Assembly: GCF_009914755.1 (NCBI RefSeq)
Contig: NC_060925.1
Strand: one strand, 5' to 3'
DNA: 64,000 nt
DNA from: the human T2T-CHM13v2.0 reference genome, Homo sapiens
The notes under the pieces are model-generated. The model saw only the letters and a list, made by a program, of their open reading frames with translations. It was not told where the DNA came from and searched no databases. Position numbers and translations under genes: made by a program. Below are positions 50,661 to 64,000 of the stretch, piece by piece; position 1 is the stretch's first letter; every line of letters starts with the position of its first letter.

Positions 50661-53600
50661 ATGAGTCTCCTGGCTTTCCCATCTACTCCCAGCTTCCCAA
50701 CCAGGCCCAGGAACCCACCTGGCCCTTGGCAGAAGGGCTGGGTATGGGTACAAGACAGGGCTGGGAATGGGTGTGGCAAAAGCATGCCTAAAGCTTTCCC
50801 AGAGCTGTTCTCCTAACCTAAAACCTCACCCTTTCCCTGCTCTTTCAGCAGAACAGGAAGGGAACAGAGTAGAGGGAGGATCTGCTTGGGGTCGTTCCCG
50901 AAGGCTCTGTCCTCACATCTTTCCAACCTTAGGCTCCAGACAGTGCAATCCAAGGCCCTCCACCCACCGCAGCCCAGCCAGATGGTGAAAGTAGGTGTCC
51001 CTCAGGCTCGCTAAAGCAGAAGTTGGTCCATGTCTCCATATTATAATGGAGAAGTGTGACAAGGACAATAACCCCCACTGGGCCCAGCCCCACCCTAACC
51101 AACTGATCTCTGACACTTGTCCTCTCTGCCCCATGCTAGCCTACACTTGTCTCCACAGCACAGTCCCCATCCTTCACAGAGGCCCAGTTCAAGGCCCCCT
51201 TCTGGATGCCCATCTGAGCTCTCGCAGGAGAATTCAATTACTCCCTCTCTGGAAATCCAGCAGTTCCATTAACCTTCCTTCTCCGGGCTCTGGAAGGCAA
51301 CACCATTTATATTACCCTGTAGAGATGGTGTGCTTCTCTCACTCCCCTGGGAATCTGTCTTCTGAGTTCTCTATCTCCAAGTCGAAGCTGCCCATGGCAC
51401 AGCACTTCCATCTGGGCACCCACGCCCTCACAATCTAGCAGAGTGGGGGAGGTGGGGCTACACCAGGCTGCCAAGACTACCCTATCCCTTAGCACGCTTG
51501 TGGCAGGCGCAGGGTCAGTGGGGATGGCACAGGCAGAGGGAAGATCTGCCCTGCCCAATCCAGCCTAGCGGGAGGAGCCTTCTAGAAGTGTCAAGGCTTC
51601 TCTGAGGACAATGCCTTGTGAGGTACAGGAAAGACCTAAGCGGACCTTCAGCAGAAAGCTGGTGGCCTGGTGGTCTATTTAGAGCAGGTCCCATCTAGGG
51701 AACATCTTACTGACACTCTCCAGATTCTTTCCTCCCAAAAGCTTCCCTGCTTCCCTCCCTCTATTTCCTGCCCCAAAACTCAGCCTTTCTCTGGGCCAGA
51801 ATGGCTGCTGCCTACTCCCACCGTTCACTCCCAGGAACCCCATCACTTCCAGCCACAGCTCTCAAGTTTGCCCAGTCACATTTCCACTTGGGGAAATAAC
51901 CTGAAAGCAGAAAAAAAGAGGCTTCACAGGGCCAAGTAAAAGAGCAAACCACAAGGGGAAAGGGATGTTGAAATGGGCAGTCCTTGGGATCCCTTTCATT
52001 AAAAAATCCAGAAGTTCCATTAACCTTCCCTCAGCTCCTACATCAGAAGGATTCTCACACTTTTTTCTATTTCACTAGCCCTCCAGGATCAGACACTTGG
52101 AAAAGGGAGGGGGAAGAATGATAGTAACTGATGTTCATCCATGGGCCCAAGCGACCCAAGGAGGTCAGGGGCTGAAAACGAAAAGCAAGAAGGAGATTGT
52201 ACAGTCTCAGTGAAGGGGAACTGTCCTCCCTAAAATAAGCCCAGCCAGCTGGTGCCCTGGCTTTCAGGGCAGGCTGGGTCCAACTGGCCACACAGGCCCA
52301 CACTGCCTCTCAGCCCAAGGTCACAGTAGGGTTCCAGAAACTTGGAATGGATCTCTGGTCCTTCTTCCACTAAGAGCCTGTGTTGTTGGCAGATCAGATA
52401 GCCTCAGCCGGAGTCAACTTTGTAGTACCTTAGATACAGACAGGCAGCAGGCCCAGACACCCTCAGCTTTGTTCTAAACAGCTTCCACACTCTCTAAGCA
52501 ACCAGGTGGCTTCCTGGACAGCTTCCCCGGGGGCTCAGAAAGATGCTCTGGCCCTTGTGGCCCCACTCCTGAGAGGAGTATAGGCTTGGGCTCTGAGAAG
52601 AGAAGTCATGGTGTCCTCTCTATTCTATGCTGCTATTGCCAAACCTCACCCAACACACACTCTTGCCCCTCCCCTGGCCTTGCTTCCTCTAACTCTTCTA
52701 GCCCTCTCTGAGCCCTGAGCCCTTCCTCCCAAGATAAGCCACCACCCAGGCATTCAAGTCTGAGGAATAAACCTCATCTCCTCAGGAGAGAGACAACCCT
52801 AGACCCCAGTAGGGGACATGTCTGGGGATCAGGTAGGAGGAAGTCAGTCAGATACCAAAAGTCAGTCTGTCTCTGGCAGATCAAGAAGCCAGATCCAAGT
52901 GATGCTCTTCCCTCACTCCCTGAGTATTCAGTTCTAGAGCTCACTCCCTCCTCTAGACAGCCAGTAGCACAGAGCAGGAAAGGAGAAGTTGGGTCCTAAT
53001 GTGTAAAAAGCTCCAGCAAAGCGAAATCATTTACTCTTCGGTGCGACTGCTCAGCAGAGCTAATAAATCTTGCATGAGCAGGGCCAATTCTAATTTCCTA
53101 ATATGAAAAGGCATTTGGATTGAGAGAGAGGGGGAGATAAAAGTGATTGAATCTCCAATAGTCCAGGTTACTGACAAGAAACATCCTGCTCAGCCCTGAG
53201 AGAAGGATGGCAGCACCCGCCCACCCGCACACACCCATCCGTTCTGCCCCCCTCTTGGCGTGATACATCTCAGTCTCTTCTATTGACAGGACGTGGCTTT
53301 AAACACAGTTACACAAGTTATCATTTCTGCCTTCTGATCAATCTGAATTTTCAGGACAATTACCCTCTTAATCAATGATTGCTATCAGCAGCCCCGCGCC
53401 TGGACGGATTTCTCAGCAAGGTAATCATGCCGCCAGGCTGGACGGCGCGTGCATAGGCAATGAAGCTCCGGGTGGGGTCTCCTCCCTCCTTCCTGAGCCC
53501 CCATATCCCAGCGCTGCTGCCAGCATCGAGGACAAGGACGGCAAAGTGTGAAGGCCACTTCAAGGAGTGGTGGCAGTACAAGGAAGGGGGGGCAGCCACC

Positions 53601-54454
53601 AGTCAGCCTTCCAAATCAGCTGATTATGGAACAAACCTATTAAAAGCCTAGATTTACTGCCCACCACGCTGATGCATCTCCACATGCCCTCCTGCCATCA
53701 TTCCTTCCTCCTAATTAGCCTAATAAAGCCCAATTCTAATTATGGGCTCAAACTATTAGGGTGAGTTAAGTACAAAGAAAAGAGAACTATTGGTTTTACT
53801 AATCTCTCAGAAGCTACTGGTTCTAGAAATTCCTTTTCTTCCATGGAGCTGGTTCATATGGGCTACTGACTGGAATGGTAGGGGCAGCCTCTTCTCCTCA
53901 CATGCCCAGGTATCCAGAGCTATCATAAAGCCAGCCTAGCCTTGAGCCAGGAGGCCACCCAGCCCAACACTCCCTCCCGCAAGCATCCTCTCACAGATCC
54001 AGCCCTCCATGCTTAAAACAATTCAGAGGCCCCCAGAAGCGGGAAGGAGAGAGAACAAGTGGAGTCAGTGTTGAGTCTGCTCGAGGCCATTATCTGCTAC
54101 CCTGGGGACAACTCAAGGAAGTTTCTCAGATCACCTGTTGTTGGTGAAGGACTTAACTAGAGAGGCTTGGTCCAGGGCACTGATGAATGAACTTACACTC
54201 CCGCACAGGTGGCAGATATGCCTATACAGCTGTACTCACAGCAGAGTAGGCTGGGGCTAAAACAGGTCCCAACAATTTGCTATTACATCAGAAGGGGGGA
54301 ACCAGAATGAGAAAGCTTGCATGCTTTTATTCACTGACATTTACTGAGTACTATCCACAGACTAAATGGTGGGGGTACAGCAGTCAACAATACAGCAGTG
54401 ACCCCTATTCTCACGGAGCTCACAATGTACTAGGAAAGACAGACAAGTGTTCTT

Positions 54455-54945
54455 TTAAAAAGGCAAAAATGACAAAGTGAACTCGCACATGAATGTTCAT
54501 AACAGCCAAAAAGTAGAAACAACCCAAATATTGATCACCTGATGGGAGAATTAAAAAAAAAAAAGTGGTACTATCTATACAATGAAATATTATTTGGCAG
54601 TAAAAAGAAATGAAGTACTAATTTATAATACAACATGGATGAACCTTGAAAATATACTAAGTGAAAGAAGCTAGTCACAAAAAAAACCACATACAAGAAG
54701 TTCCCAGAATTGCCAGAATAGGCAAATTTATAGAGATGGAAAGTAGATGAGTAGTTGCTTCAGGCTGGGGCATTTGCGGGGAAATGAGAAGTAGCTGTTA
54801 ATGGAGTTTCTTTTAGTGGGGACAAAAATCTAAATTTAGATGGTGATGATGGTTGCACAATCCTGTAAATATATTAAAAAACAAATTGTACACCTTAAAT
54901 GGGTGAATTGTATGGTATATAAATTATATCTCAATAAAACTCTTT
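54455..54945 (+). mobile_element. L1MB-like 3' end inserted into an L2
   Basis: 'aacagccaaaaagtagaaacaacccaaat', 'aacatggatgaaccttgaaa', 'gatggttgcacaa', 'tatatctcaataaa'. Confidence 0.85.
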
Positions 54946-57900
54946 TTTAAAAGAAGTTAATTCTGATCAAAGAAGTGCAAGAAACCCACAGCAGGCTCAT
55001 CAACTGTGAACAAAGTCAGAGGAGGCTCTAGCACCATGCCTAGCTTTCTGAAGGCACTTGATATAGGCACTTGATGTAGGTGTGTGAAGAGGGAGGAAGT
55101 TCCACTGGGAAACTGGAAAAGTCTTCACTGAGGACATAAGAGGAGTTAAGTCTTGAAGGATAAGCAGGAGTTCACTAGGCAAGAAGGCAGCAAAGGACTT
55201 CCTAGCCAAATGGAATAACAGTGAATAAGGCTTGGAAGTAGACCATACAGGCTATCTTGACACAGCTCAAAGGGACTTGGAGTGTCTCAAAGGTCAGGCT
55301 AGAGAGCTTATACTTTGTTCAGTAGACACTAAGATTTTTCAAGTAGAGAAGATCAGTACATTGATAGTCTAGGGTTTGATGGTTCAGGCACAGGAAACAA
55401 CTTATCACAGTTCAAAGGGGATGGTTTTCGGAATCACAATATCCAGAGTTTAAATCCTTAAGTCCTTCTCCCAATAAACTCTAATGACCAGTGACGGCTA
55501 GGATTTTGTCTGTTTTGCTCACTATTTTATCCCCAGTGCTTGGCAGAGTGCCTGACCCAGTAGGTGCTCAAAAGCCATTTACTGAATGAAAATGAATGAA
55601 TGAATGGCTATGTTGAACTCAATCCCATTTGACACACATTTATTGAATACCTACCATAAACCTTGGCACTCTGGTTATATAGTGTGAGCTCTTCAAGGGG
55701 AGGGTCCCCGTCTGATCTCTGATCTCTGCCCTCAGTGCCTTACGCAGGTTCTGTTTGGCACAGGGCAGGTCCTCAATCTGTATTAATTCCCTTCCCTCTC
55801 ATAGTCTACGTAGTTTCCTTAAGACCCAGTGAATTCCTAGATAGGCTCGTCCTGAACATACCACTGTAGCTAGTAAGAGAAGGGAAGCTGAAGGGATGGA
55901 AGGCTTCAATAGAGCAATAGGAGCAGGTGGCAGTGCTAATGATATTTGCCCCAAAGCAAGCCATGGTGCTCTAGGAGGCCAGTACACAATCTGAGTCATC
56001 CAAGCTGGTAAAGAACTGGGTGGGAATGAGAGACCATTCTCACAACCCTGTCCTGCACCCAAGGCAGTGGGCCTAAAGCAGGGAGAAGCTAGCATACTTA
56101 GGTAAGGTGGAAATATAAGCTACAAGACTTGTAGGTGGATGAAGAGGGGAAGATCTGGGGCTTATTTCCTAAGCAGTTTGTCCTGACCCTGGAGATCTGC
56201 CATTTCCATATCATCCTTCTGGTTAGGAGAGCCCTCCTGACCACAGTAGAAAGGGGCTCATTCTCCCAACCCCCAATTCCTATGGGCCTCTCCTCCCCTC
56301 CTTCTTCTTCCCTCCCTTTCTTTCCTGCAGAGCTTCCCTCAAGCCATAAAAATAAAATAAAACACAAACACCCACAGTCCAGGAGGAGGGCGTTGGACAG
56401 ATAATGGGCATTTTATATCTTTTTATGACACTCCCCATAGGCAGCTCAGCAATCACAGCGCAATAAAGGCAGGCATGCAGCTTGCATAGTTAAACAACTG
56501 CCGGGTAATTAGGCACAGCAAACACACCACTGGGGAGGCCTCAGGCTTGCCCTGGGATCTGCCTGCAGCCCGCCTGCCTGCTTGCAGCCAAGTAGGTGCC
56601 AAGCCCAGGCCTAGCAACATAAGACCTGGTTGTGGTGCTGGGGACAGGCCACTGACAGCTGCCATAAACACGCTTGGGTTCATGCCTGTGCAAACTCAAG
56701 CCTACCTACCCACACCCACACAAAAACACTCCCTAAGCCAGCCTGGACCTTATCTCCCCAGGAGGGCCACCCTCTTTTCCAAGTAGGGCAATCTAGGGTA
56801 TCTTGAGGGCCCCGCTTTAGGGCCTTTGAAGAAGTCACAGCAGGCACTAGCAGGGACTAGCTCATCGGGGTAGCTCAAAGCTTATCGAGTGGCACAGGCA
56901 GGAGGCACAGGAACATACAGACGTGTTTACATGGATCCTCTGTCTCTTGTAAATTTTTACTCAGTACAGAGCTGAATTCAAAATAATTTTTAACACAGAT
57001 GATTCATACACACCCTATATACATATTTCTATCACTGTACTTACCACTTCTATTGTGTTTTTCCCCCATCTGCCTATTGACCCATCCATCTTCCCTACCA
57101 GACCAGGAGCTCTGTACAGGTGGAGATCAGGTCTGAGTCACCTCTGAGTCCAGAGGTCCCAACCCATAGGACTTCACGGGGTGACTGGTGGCTGGAGGTG
57201 AATATAGATGTCCCAGCCCAGGCAGAGCACAGGACTCTTGCTACCTGAGACCTAGGTCCAGGGGATGTTAGCCCGAACAAGAGAGAAATGTCTTTATTAG
57301 GGCTGAGGGCACTGTACCATACATTGCCCATCTCTTCTCTAGTGCCCCAGCTGGTCAAATTCAGAAATTAAAGAGAACTGAAAACCAATTAATGGGAAAA
57401 ATAAATAAAAACCTACTACAATCCCACTTGAAGACTGAGATAGCCAAAGGTCCCATCTATAGCAGCCATCCAGATCAGCCCTGAGGAGTCAGCCAGGGAA
57501 AGGTAAGGCACCCAAGCTCAAACCACTCTTCCTCCAAGGCAGGTGACAGCAGGCCAAGTCAACTCACAGAAAGACCATGGGTTGAGCCAGCACGGTCACA
57601 TATGAATGTGAACACACATCCAGCTACTTTTCCTAGTCTCTACCTGGGCATCACTTGGTGTCTGCCAAGACAACAAATAGAGGATAAAAGACCAGAGGAA
57701 GGGCCTAGGCTGCTCCCTGCCGTTAGGGTACTCAGAGGCCCCTCTCCTTTCCACCCACAAAGAAACAGGGAGACAACAAGCTTCTTCTCACCCTGTATTC
57801 TCATGGTGAAGCCCAAAGCCTAAAAGCATTTGGCTTCAGTCCAAGCCAGCCCAAAATGTGACAAGTGACAGCTATCCAAACTCCTCCACAATACCTGAGT

Positions 57901-60394
57901 CCCTAGCTCTCCTGTCCTGATGCCAAGCAATGCCCTGCCTTCCCTGGACCCTCAACTTCTTCCAATGGGACAGTGGAGCCATCCCAAGGCCAGACATTGT
58001 AGTTGGTAAGGGTAAAAGTGGAACTTCTGCTGTCTTCCTTGCATCTGTCTCATGTTTAGATGGGAGCAAAAAGGGAAAGCCTAAGTTTCCATGAATGATC
58101 TCATAGTGGCAGAGGTAGAAGAGGCCAAGAGACCACAAGAAGAAACTCCCTCATCCAACTCCCTTATTTGTTAGATGAGAAAACTGAGGACTCAGAAAGG
58201 GCAAGTAACCCAACACCAGAGCCCACGTCTTTAGTTTCTAGCGTCAAGTTCAGTCCAGATTTCTCTATGTTACACCATACTGCCCTCCAAGGACAAGGGC
58301 CTCATCTGCCCACCTCTAGTGCCTAGAGTCAGACCACAAATCCCATACTGGCACATTCACCCACATTCCCATTTGTGGGCCCGTGCACACATAAGAATAT
58401 ACACAGACATACTCAAGCCTGCACAGACCTCCCCAATTGGGTGAATGCACTTCTTTAAACACATACAGACATGCATATACAAATGGGTACACCCTCTTAC
58501 ACACACAGTGGTGTCACTCTCAAGAGACCTGGAGTACAAGGCCAATCCCTATCCTTGCCCATTCACTGACTTTCATTGAACACACAACTGATAATGGCTG
58601 CTGTGTGTGCCTGGGTCTCCAGTTCAAACCAGGCCAGACTGCCTTCAGGTGGTATCTGCTATGGGCCAAGTGACAAGAGGGAAGCTATGGAAGGAGAGAA
58701 ACTGAATTTGCATCCTCCTGGTCATGTGGTAGGCAAGCTTCTGAGTTTCTATTTCAGCACCCATAAAATAGGGACAATAGCCCTCACAGCCCCTCAGTAG
58801 CTGTGAGGATTAAATGCAATCATGTGTGTAAAGTATCCAACACAGATGGCATCAACTGGGGCTCAATGCATTGGTGTTCTATTATTACTGATAAACATGG
58901 TGAAACCTGCCTTTGCAGACTGACCTACAGACAGTGTGGGAGATGGAAGGCAGGACTGTGCTTCTGGCCTTGAAGGAAGTTACCCTGTCTTTTCCTCATC
59001 TTTTCTGCAACTACTCCCAGTTTCAGGGTCTAGAGTAGCAACAGCAAAATCAAAAGAAGGGGAAAAAACACACACACACACAAAAGAAACCCTGGGACAA
59101 GGCAGACTAACTTTACCCTCTCAGACTCAATAGATAAGTTCATCTTTCTCCTGCCACCACACCCCATCTTTCTCCCAAACTGTCCTCAGCTTTTCTACAG
59201 TATTTATGCCTCTTAGTTTACTGAAGTCCCCTCTATTTGCCTAGCTCTGTGGATTAAGAGAAGCGGCTTATCTAGTCCCTTTCCTCAAGTGGCTTGTGGT
59301 TCCTCACCCAGACAGACCAGCCCATACACAATAACAAAGAGGCATGGGCTCTGAGCTGCACTGGGCCCTAGTAACTGGCCCAAAGTGTTGGAGTACACAC
59401 TCAATAGAACACCTAGGTTTAAATCCAGGTCCCAAACACACCCAGCAGAGCTCCCAACTTTCCTGTGCTCCAGAGCAAGCCCAGAATTCACTTCCTCAAG
59501 GACTCAAGAGAGGCAGGTGAGGCTCATCATGGGACTAGGACTAAGAGGCTGCCTCATTTGACAGAATACAGACTCTAAGCAGCAGCCAGCAAGAGAAGGC
59601 AGGCCCTAGGGTGGGCCTGCCACGGAGGGCACTATAAGAACTCCAGAGGAGAGGTCACTTTGCAGCAGCTGCAGGGAACCTTGAGAGAAAGACAGAATCC
59701 CAGCTGCCTTGAGCTGATTCCCTCACTTGCTTCTTTCCCCTGTGTGGCCACACCCACCAGGGATGCAGAGCAAGGCAGGCTAGCTCTCCAGCTGAGGGTG
59801 TGCCAAGCTGCTCATCTAACACAGAGTGCCAGCATTCCTCTAAGAGCTTTACAAGCATGATCTAATTGATTCCCCACATTTACCATAAGGATATAGAGGT
59901 CTTCTGCCAACGGTCTCAGACTGTCCATAGCTAGTATGCTAAAAGGTAGGGTGGCCACTTCCCTCCCTGCTATCCCTGGCCCACGGGCTCCCTCTTCCCT
60001 TCATGCACACAAACGTGGCAGTTTTCTGGAGCTACTGTACCACTCTTAGAAGGCAGCTTAGGCTGGCACCACTCTAGACACTGGCCAATGATTGCTTACT
60101 GCACATGCTCACTCTCACTCCTCTTTCTCCAGTAAAAGCATACACATGGCTGGTCCACATGAGTAGCTTAAAATACCTGAAAACTGCTGTGTGTAGTTCC
60201 CTAATCCTGCAACGTGCTTCACCACTTCAGGCCTTTCTTTACACTTCTCCCTTTGCCTGGATGCACTTGCACCGTCACCTGAGAATATACTCATCTTTCA
60301 ACACTCAAGTATCTCCACCAAAACCTTTCTTGATTTTCTCTCCCACACCCCAAATAAAAATGACTCCTCCCTCCTTTGCACTGGCAGCAACAAA

Positions 60395-60720
60395 GTAAAG
60401 CAGTTAAGAGCATGGACTCTGGAGTCTACTGCCTAGACTCAAATACTTACTCTATCACTCACCAGCTGATGAACCTCTCTGCCCTTCAGTTTCCTCACCT
60501 GTACAATGGCTAATAATAGAACTTCTCCCTTAGAATTGTTTGAGGATTAAGTGAGTTAATTCATATAAAGCATTTAGAACAGCACCTGGTTTTATTATTA
60601 CTATTAATTATCTCTACCTTACAAATGAAAAAAACCAAGGTTCAGAGAAGGTAAGTAACTTGTCCAAGATCATAACACAGGTAGATGATAAGGCCAGGAA
60701 TTGACCTAAGGTGAATGTGC
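60395..60720. mobile_element. Two adjacent MIRs in opposite orientation (+ 60395-60590; - 60610-60720)
   Basis: 'gttaagagcatggactctggagtc...cagtttcctcacctgtacaatgg' followed by 'ggttcagagaaggtaagtaacttgtccaagatca'. Confidence 0.75.
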
Positions 60721-61468
60721 CTCTGTACTCCATTGGACAGCCAGGCATGCTGATGGCAGCTGGAATCAAGGGTGTGAGATGATCGACTCTGTCCCGCAGT
60801 GTGAGCTGAGGGTAAGCTGGTCCAAGGACAGCATTAAGCTCATCCTTGCCAATGCTCACATGAACTCTGCTGTGAGAGTCTCTTTTTCCTAGCTCCTGCC
60901 CACAATGTCCTGTATGTCTACCTGGATCTCCCGTCCCCCTGACTCCTCTTCTCCCGATAGCCTAGTCATCTCATCTCCAGTGGCCAGTACCAGGGACAAG
61001 CGAAGGGCAGGGGCATAGTGCTACCATTTTATCCTCAGGTCAACTCTAGAAGGTGGATATGATTTTTCTTGTTTTATAGAGGGAGCTACCAAGGCTCAAA
61101 GAAGTTAAGTGACTTTTCTAAAACCCCACAGTTAGTAAGTGTAGAGCCAAGATTCCATATCAGGTCTACTTGACTCCAGAGCCTAAATTCTGTGTGACAG
61201 ATATTAATCATCATTTACAGGTTCAGAGAGGGACTTGCTCCAGACCACACAGCTAGTGAGTAGCAATATTAGAAATCCAAGCCAGACTCCTCTGGCTCCA
61301 AAGCTCTTCCTTTGCACAGCAGTTTCTAGCTGTGAGCCACATCCCACCTCCCCAGGACTCAGCGTATATACCATGTATCACCTGAAGACTAAATGGGGGG
61401 TAAATCTCACATACAGCCATACTATTTTTCCAGGTTTTTGCAGATAACATTGTAATTAATAAAATACA

Positions 61469-61772
61469 GGCCAGGCACAGTGGCTCACACCTGTAATCCC
61501 AGCACTTTGGGAGGTTGAGGCGGGTGGATCACTCGAGGCCAGGAGTTCGAGACCAGCCTAGCCAACATGACGAGACCCCATCTCTACCAAAAATACAAAA
61601 TTAGCTGGGCATGGTGGCACACCCCTGTAATCCCAGCTACTCTGGCGGCTGAGCATGAGAATCACTTGAACCTGGGAGGCAGAGGTTGTAGTAAGCCGAG
61701 ATCATGCCACCGCATTCCAGCCTAGGTGACAGAGCAAGAGACTGTCTCAAAAAATAAAATAAAATAAAATAA
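61469..61772 (+). mobile_element. Full-length Alu with (TAAAA)n tail
   Basis: ggccaggcacagtggctcacacctgtaatcccagcactttggg...gagactgtctcaaaaaataaaataaa. Confidence 0.95.
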
Positions 61773-62419
61773 ACTACAAATCCACGTTAAAAAAACAAAT
61801 TTACTATAGTTTTTTTTTCCATTATGTACTTTATCATTATATACCCAAAATACAAGTTCCACCAAGTCCTGAAGAACGAAGGGAATGTCTGTGGCGTTTT
61901 CTGACATTGCTAATAGCTCCTTGTACTCTGTCTGCCTACTTCTCTAAGAGCTCTCCAAAACCACACTTAGGTACCTTTCCCAAGGTACTGTCCTGATTCT
62001 TGGTTACAAACTCACAATCGAGAAATGTATTCTGTATGGAATAACTGTCCAAAGGTCAACAGCAGCAATAGGAGGCACAATCCCTTCTGGGACCTGAGTC
62101 CCATAAATGCTAAGAACTAATGCAGTTTCCAGCAAAGTGGACCTAAGTCCTGGGCTATGGAAGGAAGGATTCAGGGCAATGAATTTCTGTCTTTCGTACC
62201 TTAACCTCTAATTCCTTCCCTGCCCACTTCCCTAAGATACATGGTCTGGAGAAAAGAGCACACTGACCTGGGTTCAAATGCTAGCTTCACCTCTTCCTGG
62301 CTATGTGCCTTTAGGCAAGTTTCTTCATTTCTCTAAGTTTATTTGTCTGGGAATTCCAGCAGAGGAATAGGCATCCAGACTCTGGAGCTCATCAGTCTAG
62401 CCCAAGATTCAGTGTGGAT

Positions 62420-62870
62420 TAAATTAATGCTTGTTGATGCCTAGTGTGTGCCAGGTCCAGTGCCATGCACTGGAAATTCAGAGATGGGTGGTATATTGAC
62501 TTCAGTGAACTCACAGTATAGTGGGAAACAAAAACATGTAAGCAGATAATTACAAAAGCATGTGATACACTCAATACAAAGTTCTGAAGCCATACAAAGG
62601 AGGAAGTGACTATTTCTACCAGAGATGGGGGAACATCAGAGAAAGCATCACCCACAAGGGTTTTGAAGGATGAACAGGAGTTTCCCAACACACTAAAAGG
62701 GGAAAGGCGATGTAAGAAAAGGGAACAGTATATGTAAGGGGAGGTGAGACAGTCATGTATATTTGAAAAACAACAAGTTTGATATGGCTGGAATGTTATG
62801 GAGAGACAGGAGATGTGGAGATAGGAATGGTGCAATGAGCTGGATCATCCAGGGCCTTGGTATCTTGCTC
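62420..62870 (-). mobile_element. L2 3' fragment
   Basis: 'gcctagtgtgtgccagg...gaactcacagtatagtgggaaac...ggttttgaaggatgaacaggagttt'. Confidence 0.7.
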
Positions 62871-64000
62871 AAGAGAAAAGATGGAGCAGAGCCTTCCATA
62901 CCTACCCTTGGCTCTGGTGCTCTTCCTGTCAAAACAAGCACCCTGCAATCACACCCTTTCCTGTGCCTTTGATTTAAGAGTTCCTCTCCTGGCCCTGACA
63001 GTAAGGCATTTCTGTCCCACAGATTATAACTCACTCTGGGCTATTATTCAGCTCCCCAGCCCTGGCCCTGCTGCAGTTAGTCCAAACATAATATCCTTCA
63101 TGCATATATTATCTGTCTCCCTATTATCTGGAATCATTTCGGAATTAAATTTCAGTCCTGCAATATTGGCTTCAGGAGCGGCGCGCTTTATGGGCTAGTC
63201 AAGGGTTAGAATACCAATCAAAGTAACAGTGCCGATGCAGCGAGACATTTTAATATTCCAAAACCTGGTAATTGTAAAAGGACATAATATTTTTTCCCTG
63301 ATTACCCCAAAGGCAACACATGTTAACAAGGCGAGGGAAGGAGTGAAAGAAATTTCAGAGTTCAGACAGCTGTAAGACATATTTAAAGGAAAAGCCCAGG
63401 CTAGGCACTACACCATGGGGGCAGGGAGATGGGAAGAAAGGAGACATTCCCTCTAGCTCCGGCAGCCCCTGACTCCAAAGACAGTACTTTCCCTCCTCTA
63501 TCTCTGGACTACACTCCAAGAGCTTACCCCAACAGCAGATGTTGCAGAGAATGGGATGAAAGGGGAAAGAGTTCAAGATCTGGAGTCTCAAGGCTCAGGT
63601 TCTTGTTTCAGCTTACAATTCAGTAGCCTCCAGCTCCCAAGACTGTTCCCTCCCAGGGTTCCAGCATCAAACCCAGCAGCAAGCACTCTGGGCTGCTCTC
63701 CCACTCACTCTCTTCTTATCCCATGCCTGTGCTCACACCTCTGCCTCATCTATACCTAGTGCTCTATGCGTGTGTTTTTTCCCAAAGACAGATGAAGGCC
63801 CTGATCTACTTGGCCTGCAGAGCTGATTCCCATCAGGACACCAGCCCACAACTGCCCACTGCCCCATGGACAATGCTCTGCACTTTGGATGATGCCAAAG
63901 ACCGAGACCACAGCCCCAGCCTGCTTCTGACCTCAGAGGGACCCAGAAGTAACTGCCCTCAGTGCAAACTCTCCCCCTCTCCAAAATAAAACAAAACAAA

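Overview
Mammalian genomic DNA, recognisably human (Alu elements, exact DMAP1 protein). The window holds the complete DMAP1 gene on the + strand: a CpG-island promoter at about 2.2-2.7 kb and 10 coding exons from 2644 to 9508. These splice to 1404 nt, i.e. 467 aa plus stop. Convergent with it, about 400 bp away, is the 3' end of ERI3 (PRNPIP) on the - strand: the last exon (CDS 10448-10530) and the penultimate exon (36830-36929). Everything from 10.5 kb onward is otherwise ERI3 intron. It contains old L2/MIR/L1/LTR/DNA-transposon fragments, several Alus and STRs, and about 20 repeat-free blocks rich in TAAT/homeobox, POU and bHLH motifs that look like an array of conserved developmental enhancers. 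Nearly all entries in the ORF track are spurious. I found no convincing wholly new gene system. The most notable observations are: (i) three separate splice-site features in DMAP1 that each lead to a premature stop (a TAG-TAG tandem acceptor, a GC-AG intron and a +4 tandem donor); (ii) a 63-bp local copy of a putative enhancer core inserted into an L2 element; (iii) the enhancer-like array itself. Repeat boundaries and enhancer calls were made by eye and are approximate.
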